From assembly GCA_035270805.1 (NCBI GenBank), contig DATESM010000077.1:1-24000 (forward strand): a DNA stretch of 24,000 nucleotides. The letters are read 5' to 3'. Positions 18,062 through 24,000 of the stretch are shown in pieces. The number at the start of each line of letters is the position of its first letter. Position 1 is the first letter of the stretch. The position numbers and the translations under genes are program-made. The notes below the pieces were generated by a model. The model saw only the letters and a program-made list of their open reading frames with translations, made no database searches and had not been told where the DNA came from. Source of the stretch: Bacilli bacterium. GTDB taxonomy: Bacteria > Bacillota_I > Bacilli_A > RFN20 > CAG-826.

Positions 18062-20617
18062 ATGTTACAACTAAAAAACATATTTAAAAATTACTATGTC
18101 GACAACAAGCCTTTAAAGGTGCTTAAGGATATTAATATCACCTTCCCTGAACAGCAATTCGTGACAATTCTTGGTCCTTCAGGTTGTGGGAAAACAACGC
18201 TTTTAAATTTGATTGGTGGGCTTGACCAATATACAAGTGGTGATTTGATCATCGAGGGAAAATCAACCAAGCAATTCGCCGATCGTGATTGGGATGCCTA
18301 CCGCAACCACCGGGTTGGCTTCATCTTTCAAAGTTATAACCTGATCACCCATCTTAATGTTTTAGATAACGTCGAGATGTCTCTTACCCTGACAGGAATG
18401 TCCGCTAAAGACAGAGTAAAAAAAGCAAAAGAAGCGCTGATTAGTGTCGGTCTTGAACCGGAAATGTATAAGCAAACCAACCAATTATCCGGCGGACAAA
18501 TGCAACGGGTGGCGATTGCCCGTGCGCTGGTTAATGATCCGTCGATTATTTTAGCCGACGAACCCACAGGTGCCCTTGATAGTAAAACAAGTGAACAAGT
18601 CATGGACATCATTAAAGAAGTCAGTAAAACTAGACTCGTTATCATGGTTTCACATAACGAGCATCTAGCGGAAAAATATAGCGACCGCATCATCAGAATG
18701 CTTGATGGGGTGATTGAAAGCGACTCAGCAAAAGTGACGCCAAAAATCACTGAAACAACAGGAAAAGAAATCAATAAATATACTTCGATGCCTTTTTCAA
18801 TGGCGCTTAAGAGTAGTTTTAAAAATATTTTAACCAAAAAAGGTAGATCCGTCATCACCTCTGTAGCGGGATCGCTTGGAATTATTGGTGTCGCCCTCGT
18901 GGCCTCACTATCAACCGGGTTCAATGATTATATCGCCAAAGTCGAAAGTGACACGATGGCTTCTTACCCAATTGGCATTTTCTCAAACTCATTCGAACTA
19001 GGGCCCCAAAGTTTTCAGCCTGTCGAACGAGAAGAATTTCCTGATGAAGAAGAGGTCTATGTTTATGATCCAAGCGACTCAGCAGAATCATCACTTCGCT
19101 TTTATTACAATCGTTTCACCCCAGAATTTTTAGAGTTTATCCAAACTCTAGAGGCCGATGGCTTGGCTAGCAGTGTCGTTGTCAATTACCCGACACACAT
19201 GAAATTATTGACCGAATATCCTAATAATTCGATTAATGTTGCTGGTTCGACCAACTTCTCACAACTCACACCAACCAGTTCAGGCACTTTTACCCAACTA
19301 TTTGGCGAACAAGCCTTTGTTAATGAATATTATGACTTGATTGGTAGCGAATCTCGTTATCCGACAAATGCAAATGAAATAGTCCTTGTTCTTGATCGAT
19401 ACAACCGGCTTAGTGTTGAGGACTTAAGAAGAATTGGCTTCCTTGATTCAGGCGCGACGACGATTGAAAAATTTGCGTTCAACGACCTTTTAGGTAAGAA
19501 ATATAAACTAATCGAAAATGATGATTTTTATGTTCGTGATAACACGAAAGATTTTACGGTTGGTGACCTCTCGAGTACAAGTGGCACAAAAACAATCGAA
19601 AAATATAGCGTCATCAACCAAACGAGTGCTCGTTCGATATTTGAGGATGAAAACAAAGGAATTGAACTGGAGATTGTCGGCGTTCTTCGCCCACGTCCAG
19701 GAACCGAGTTACAAATATTATCGGAAGGTCTTGCTTTCACACGCGAACTCAATGATTTAATGCAAGGCTATAATAAAGATAGTGACTTTTCTAAATCGAT
19801 TTTCCACAATATTGCCATTGACCCGGCCGCTTTAAGTGATCCCGATATCATGCAAGACCCCAATGTGGCCCTTGAGTATATTCGCTTCTATGATCCTTAC
19901 TATGACAGCGCTAATCCCCAAAAAATTCTTAATCAAACTGACTTCCTTAACCTCGCCAAAAATAATAATGCGCAATTGAGTGACATTGATGATTCAACTC
20001 AATTTGGCGCGGCGATCAAGCAAGTGTTTGAACAAATCTATTCTAATATTGAATCGATTGCGCTTTTCCCCGCGAGTGCACAAGGACGCAAAGATATTAA
20101 AATTGCGATTGATAATTTTAACAAGACACAAGACGAAGGTTTTCAAATCATTTATTCAGACCTTGTGAGTACAATTACAAATTCTTTAGCAACACTAGTT
20201 AACATCGTTTCTATCGTGCTGATTTTCTTTACGAGTATTTCTCTTGTTGTGTCCGGGGTTTTGATTGGAATCATCACCTACATTTCTGTGATCGAACGCA
20301 CGAAAGAAATTGGTGTTCTCCGTGCAATTGGCGCGCGAAAAAAAGACGTTGGCCGCCTGTTCCAAGCCGAAACTTTCATCATTGGGCTATTTGCCGGGTT
20401 AATTGGGGTTGTGACGGCCTATATCTTAACAGTGCCGATTAATCTCATTTTGAACCACTTATTCCCAGATCAAAACATCGGCACGATTGCTAACCTTACT
20501 CCTTGGATTGCCATCCTCTTGATTGTGATTAATGTTGGTTTAACGATGGTTTCTGGTCTGCTCCCAAGTAGTATTGCTGCACGGAAGAATCCAGTCGAAG
20601 CCTTAAGAACCGAATAA
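18062..20617 (+). CDS. Fused ABC transporter ATP-binding protein / FtsX-family permease (MacB-type, type VII architecture)
   Basis: 851-aa ORF. The N-terminal NBD has Walker [11 protein letters not shown]-loop, signature LSGGQMQR, Walker [12 protein letters not shown] and the H-loop VSHN. TM1 spans about residues 263-286 and is followed by a non-hydrophobic segment of ~420 aa. The C-terminal FtsX 3-TM bundle contains [20 protein letters not shown]. The SD GGGAGG lies upstream. Confidence 0.9.
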   Translation: MLQLKNIFKNYYVDNKPLKVLKDINITFPEQQFVTILGPSGCGKTTLLNLIGGLDQYTSGDLIIEGKSTKQFADRDWDAYRNHRVGFIFQSYNLITHLNVLDNVEMSLTLTGMSAKDRVKKAKEALISVGLEPEMYKQTNQLSGGQMQRVAIARALVNDPSIILADEPTGALDSKTSEQVMDIIKEVSKTRLVIMVSHNEHLAEKYSDRIIRMLDGVIESDSAKVTPKITETTGKEINKYTSMPFSMALKSSFKNILTKKGRSVITSVAGSLGIIGVALVASLSTGFNDYIAKVESDTMASYPIGIFSNSFELGPQSFQPVEREEFPDEEEVYVYDPSDSAESSLRFYYNRFTPEFLEFIQTLEADGLASSVVVNYPTHMKLLTEYPNNSINVAGSTNFSQLTPTSSGTFTQLFGEQAFVNEYYDLIGSESRYPTNANEIVLVLDRYNRLSVEDLRRIGFLDSGATTIEKFAFNDLLGKKYKLIENDDFYVRDNTKDFTVGDLSSTSGTKTIEKYSVINQTSARSIFEDENKGIELEIVGVLRPRPGTELQILSEGLAFTRELNDLMQGYNKDSDFSKSIFHNIAIDPAALSDPDIMQDPNVALEYIRFYDPYYDSANPQKILNQTDFLNLAKNNNAQLSDIDDSTQFGAAIKQVFEQIYSNIESIALFPASAQGRKDIKIAIDNFNKTQDEGFQIIYSDLVSTITNSLATLVNIVSIVLIFFTSISLVVSGVLIGIITYISVIERTKEIGVLRAIGARKKDVGRLFQAETFIIGLFAGLIGVVTAYILTVPINLILNHLFPDQNIGTIANLTPWIAILLIVINVGLTMVSGLLPSSIAARKNPVEALRTE

Positions 20618-20652
20618 TAATTTTTAGACACTGTAATAAAAAACCAAGTAAT

Positions 20653-20673
20653 TTATAGACTGATAGTCTATAA
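20653..20673. promoter_or_regulatory. Perfect 9-3-9 inverted repeat (operator-like) upstream of the P-type ATPase gene
   Basis: TTATAGACT-gat-AGTCTATAA read directly from the sequence. The right arm overlaps a consensus TATAAT hexamer (20669-20674), 18 nt before the ATG at 20692. Confidence 0.45.
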
Positions 20674-20691
20674 TTATAAATAGAGAAATTT

Positions 20692-23145
20692 ATGCAAGAA
20701 AAAGCCGGATATGCGACAAGAAGAATTCGTAAAAGCGAAATTCTCCTTGAAGGAATCGAAAGATTTAACCCTACTCATGACCAAGGTTTATCCCTTGAGC
20801 AAGTTTTAGCACGGCAAAAAAACAAACTAACAAACAAAGCGAAAAGAACCGTCAGTAAATCAACACTTGAGATTTTAACGGCAAACCTCTTTTCGTTTTT
20901 TAACATTCTCCTCTATATCATTGCCGCGGCGATGATTTGGGTTAAAAACTATGGGGGACTTTTCTTCCTGGTGATTCTCGCCGCGAATACTCTCATTGGT
21001 CTTGTTCAAGATTTTAGAGCAAAGAAAACATTACAAGAATTAAGTATCCTGACTAGAAGCATGGTTAAAGTCGTGCGAGACGGATTTACAAGTGAGCTTG
21101 ATCGTGATGACATTGTCCTTGATGACATCGTTATCCTCAAGTTAGGCGATCAAATTCCTGCGGATGGTGTTGTCGTTTTTGGCGAGGTTAACGTCAATGA
21201 ATCACTTTTAACTGGTGAATCTGAAATCATTCGTAAAGGAGAAGGAAAGCAAGTTCTCTCCGGCTCATATGTGACAAGTGGCACTGCCTATATGCGTGTC
21301 GATAAAATTGGTAAGTTAAGTTATGCCCAAACAATCCAACTTCGCGCACAAGCGTTTAAACGGCCAAAGTCACAACTATTAAGTTCAATTAAGAGTTTAT
21401 TCAAAATCATTGGCATCATCGTCTTTGTTGTTGGGGCTTTGATGATTGTTTCTTCCATCTATCAAGAACTCGACTTATTTAATAGTGTAACGAGTATTGC
21501 TGGTTCACTAGTAGGGATGATTCCTTCGGGAATGTATCTTTTAACGAGTATGACACTTTCAGTCGGCATTGTCCGTCTTGGTAAAAAACGGACCCTCGTT
21601 CAAGAAATGTACTCGATTGAAATGCTGGCCCGTGTTGATGTGCTTTGCTTAGATAAGACCGGAACGTTGACCGACGGAACGATGAGTGTAGCCGAAATCT
21701 ACGAATTCAATCCTAATCAAGATATCGATATTGAAAACATTATCGCCAATATTGTCGCGGCAACAAAAGATGAGAATCCAACCGCAATTGCGCTTAAAGA
21801 GCACTTTAGATTCAAGCAATTTATCGATACAAGTATCGTTACACCTTTTTCAAGTGAAGATAAATATAGTGCTGTGCGCTTTAAGAATGGCGAAACCTTC
21901 TATTTGGGGGCCTCCTCTTCCTTATTAAATGAAAAAAACCGTCAAAGCATCCGTGAACTAGAATCGACCTATACGAGTCGTGGTTTAAGAGTGCTTGTGT
22001 TAACTAGAAATAAAAAGCGGGCCAAAGAGCAAGCTATCGATGAAGGATTACCCATTGCCCTGATCGCCCTTGAAGATCATATTCGCGAAGAAGCGATTCA
22101 AGCGATTAAATGGTTTGTTGATAACGGCGTTAAGATTAAAATTATCTCAGGCGATGATCCAGGAACGGTTCAAGCAGTGAGTTTACGGGCTGGTGTATTT
22201 GGGGCAGAAAACGCCATTGATCTCTCAAAATTGGATAATGATGAAGTCAAACGTGCCGCAGAAAGTTACACGGTCTTTGGTCGGGTAAAACCAAACCAAA
22301 AAGAAATATTAATTAGAAAGCTTCAAAAGTCTGGACTTGTTGTTGGGATGATTGGCGATGGTGTTAATGACGTTTTAGCGCTTAAAGCTGCGGATTGTTC
22401 AATTGCGATGGCCAATGGTAGTGGCGCTGCTCGTGGTGTCAGTAATTTAATTATTGAACAAAACTTTGACGCCTTGCCGTCTATTGTTGATGAAGGGCGA
22501 CGCGCCATTAACAACTTACAACGGACTTGGTCGCTATTCCTTGTCAAAACAACGTTTACAATCATCATGTCACTCATATTCTTGGTGGCCTCAATGCTTG
22601 CTCCTGTTGGTAACCAAGTCACTTATCCATTCGTTACACAACATCTCTATATCTGGGAATTCTTTACAATTGGCGTCGCTTCTTTCTTCTTGTCGCTGCA
22701 ACCAAATAGCACAAAGATAAAAGGAACGTTTATGAGTAACGTTGTCAAAAAAGCCTTGCCGGGCTCCATTGTCATGGTCCTTGCCGTCTTCTCCTTCTTC
22801 GTTATGCGTAATATTGAAATCATTCAACCCGGGAGTCTGCGCGTCAGTGACTATGCCGCCATTACGATGAGTGTTCTAACCATGACCTTTATTAGCTTTG
22901 TTGTTCTTTTTAGAACCAGTCTTCCCTTTGATTGGTACAGGGGAATTCTTTTTACTGTCGTATTGATTGGTGCTATCATCGCCATGTCAACAGCGGCTTA
23001 CTTCAAATGGGATTTATTCAAAATCGACTATCGCGATTTAAATGCGGTCAATATCATTGAACTTGTCGTTATCAACATCGCTGCAGTTGTATTTTATTTC
23101 ATTATTGATATTCAACTAGCGGATAAAAAGAAAAAGAAGAGGTAA
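20692..23145 (+). CDS. Cation-transporting P-type (E1-E2) ATPase, P2-like topology, ion specificity unresolved
   Basis: 817-aa ORF. Motifs include the A-domain TGES, the phosphorylation site DKTGTLT (D321, 21652-) and the hinge GDGVNDVLALKAADCSIAM. About 10 predicted TM helices are arranged 4 + 6. The TM4 motif reads IPSGM instead of the usual IPEGL. Confidence 0.9.
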   Translation: MQEKAGYATRRIRKSEILLEGIERFNPTHDQGLSLEQVLARQKNKLTNKAKRTVSKSTLEILTANLFSFFNILLYIIAAAMIWVKNYGGLFFLVILAANTLIGLVQDFRAKKTLQELSILTRSMVKVVRDGFTSELDRDDIVLDDIVILKLGDQIPADGVVVFGEVNVNESLLTGESEIIRKGEGKQVLSGSYVTSGTAYMRVDKIGKLSYAQTIQLRAQAFKRPKSQLLSSIKSLFKIIGIIVFVVGALMIVSSIYQELDLFNSVTSIAGSLVGMIPSGMYLLTSMTLSVGIVRLGKKRTLVQEMYSIEMLARVDVLCLDKTGTLTDGTMSVAEIYEFNPNQDIDIENIIANIVAATKDENPTAIALKEHFRFKQFIDTSIVTPFSSEDKYSAVRFKNGETFYLGASSSLLNEKNRQSIRELESTYTSRGLRVLVLTRNKKRAKEQAIDEGLPIALIALEDHIREEAIQAIKWFVDNGVKIKIISGDDPGTVQAVSLRAGVFGAENAIDLSKLDNDEVKRAAESYTVFGRVKPNQKEILIRKLQKSGLVVGMIGDGVNDVLALKAADCSIAMANGSGAARGVSNLIIEQNFDALPSIVDEGRRAINNLQRTWSLFLVKTTFTIIMSLIFLVASMLAPVGNQVTYPFVTQHLYIWEFFTIGVASFFLSLQPNSTKIKGTFMSNVVKKALPGSIVMVLAVFSFFVMRNIEIIQPGSLRVSDYAAITMSVLTMTFISFVVLFRTSLPFDWYRGILFTVVLIGAIIAMSTAAYFKWDLFKIDYRDLNAVNIIELVVINIAAVVFYFIIDIQLADKKKKKR

Positions 23146-23148
23146 TCT

Positions 23149-24000
23149 ATGATCATTATTAACAAGAGAGTTCAAGACGCACTTGCCCACAACCAAGCTG
23201 TGGTTGCCCTTGAATCAACCATCATTTCTCATGGCATGCCTTATCCGACGAATGTTAAAGTTGCTCTTCAAGTTGAAGATGAAATCAATTCGCGTGGGGC
23301 AATCGCTGCGACAATAGGCATTATTGATGGCGATATTGTTATTGGGATGACAGCTGAACAGATTGAAGAATTTGGGCAACGGCAAGGGATTGTAAAAGTG
23401 TCAGGACGAGATTTGGCTTATGTCACATCTCAAGGTCTATGGGGATCAACAACAGTAGCGGCGACAATGATATGCGCTAAGATGGCAGGAATTGACGTCT
23501 TTGTCACCGGCGGCATTGGTGGCGTTCATCGTGGTGGAGAAAATAGTTTTGATATCTCCAATGATTTAGAAGAACTCAGTAAGACACGGATGATTGTTGT
23601 TTGTGCCGGGCCTAAAGCGATTTTGGATGTTGATAAAACGATTGAGTATTTAGAAACACAAGGGGTGCCGCTTGTTGGCTATCAAACGAACAAGTTACCA
23701 CTTTTTTATACACGGACTAGCCGGATTGATGTGCCTATTCGATTAGATACACCAAAGGAAATTGCGCGACTTTTTGTCTGCCAATCGGAAATGCAGTTAA
23801 GACAATCTGTACTCGTCACTAACCCACTACCGGAAGATGATAGTATTGATGCAGATATAATGGAAGAATGGATTAAACAAGCCCTCGCTGAAGCGAAAGT
23901 TCAAGGGATTAAAGGCAAGGAAGAAACACCTTTCCTGCTTAAAAAGATTGTTGAACTATCGGGTGGAGATTCACTCGAGGCTAATACACAACTCATTCTT
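23149..24000 (+). CDS. psuG: Pseudouridine-5'-phosphate glycosidase (PsuG/YeiN, IndA-like), first 284 codons (3' end beyond the window)
   Basis: Absent from the ORF track because it is open at the edge. Hand translation from ATG 23149 (SD AGAGGT upstream) gives MIIINKRVQDALAHNQAVVALESTIISHGMPYP.N......E..... GA..ATI..I.G....G......VSGRDL......G..G.TTVAATM..A..AGI.VF.TGGIGGVHRG....FDIS.DL.EL. This is the conserved PsuG pattern, including ALESTIISHGMPYP and TGGIGGVHRG. Confidence 0.9.
   Translation, partial: MIIINKRVQDALAHNQAVVALESTIISHGMPYPTNVKVALQVEDEINSRGAIAATIGIIDGDIVIGMTAEQIEEFGQRQGIVKVSGRDLAYVTSQGLWGSTTVAATMICAKMAGIDVFVTGGIGGVHRGGENSFDISNDLEELSKTRMIVVCAGPKAILDVDKTIEYLETQGVPLVGYQTNKLPLFYTRTSRIDVPIRLDTPKEIARLFVCQSEMQLRQSVLVTNPLPEDDSIDADIMEEWIKQALAEAKVQGIKGKEETPFLLKKIVELSGGDSLEANTQLIL

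Noticed and set aside
18334-18924. A 196-aa ORF on the minus strand, antisense to the ABC transporter NBD.
   Set aside because: The reasoning is the same. It mirrors the conserved NBD region, it is Ser/Leu/Thr-rich with no motifs, and it has no translation signals.
18062-24000. The ABC transporter, P-type ATPase and psuG considered as one novel multi-gene system.
   Set aside because: The functions are unrelated. A 74-bp spacer with its own promoter-like and operator-like signals separates the ABC gene from the ATPase gene. Only ATPase-psuG are tightly adjacent (3-nt gap), and that is most simply incidental co-transcription. No shared or unknown components are present.

Overview
This window is the chromosomal replication-origin region of a low-GC monoderm bacterium (Bacillota or Mycoplasmatota-like). 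It uses the standard genetic code: TGA acts as a stop at the ATGA gene junctions and Trp is encoded by TGG. Nine genes left of position 6783 lie on the minus strand: partial glmU, rsmA/ksgA, rnmV, tatD, mnmE, jag, yidC, rnpA and rpmH. Eleven CDS and one RNA gene right of 7236 lie on the plus strand: dnaA, dnaN, yaaA, recF, gyrB, gyrA, T-box leader plus serS, small SRP RNA, tadA, a fused MacB-type ABC ATPase/FtsX permease, a P-type ATPase and partial psuG. The 453-bp rpmH-dnaA gap holds a dense DnaA-box cluster. The 127-bp dnaA-dnaN gap holds a DnaA box, a GC-richer spacer and a (TTA)n trinucleotide array that looks like the unwinding module. Three real genes are missing from the supplied ORF track and were found by hand translation: glmU and psuG (both open at the window edges) and rpmH (44 codons). 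I corrected four ORF-track starts: tatD, mnmE, recF and gyrA. I see no mobile element, CRISPR array, defence island or other convincing novel multi-gene system. This is core housekeeping DNA and the findings are modest: origin architecture, non-canonical origin-proximal synteny, the ffs/tadA junction, an operator-like palindrome, and unusual domains in YidC, the ABC transporter and the P-type ATPase. All protein calls rest on motifs and colinearity recalled from known families. No database search was possible.
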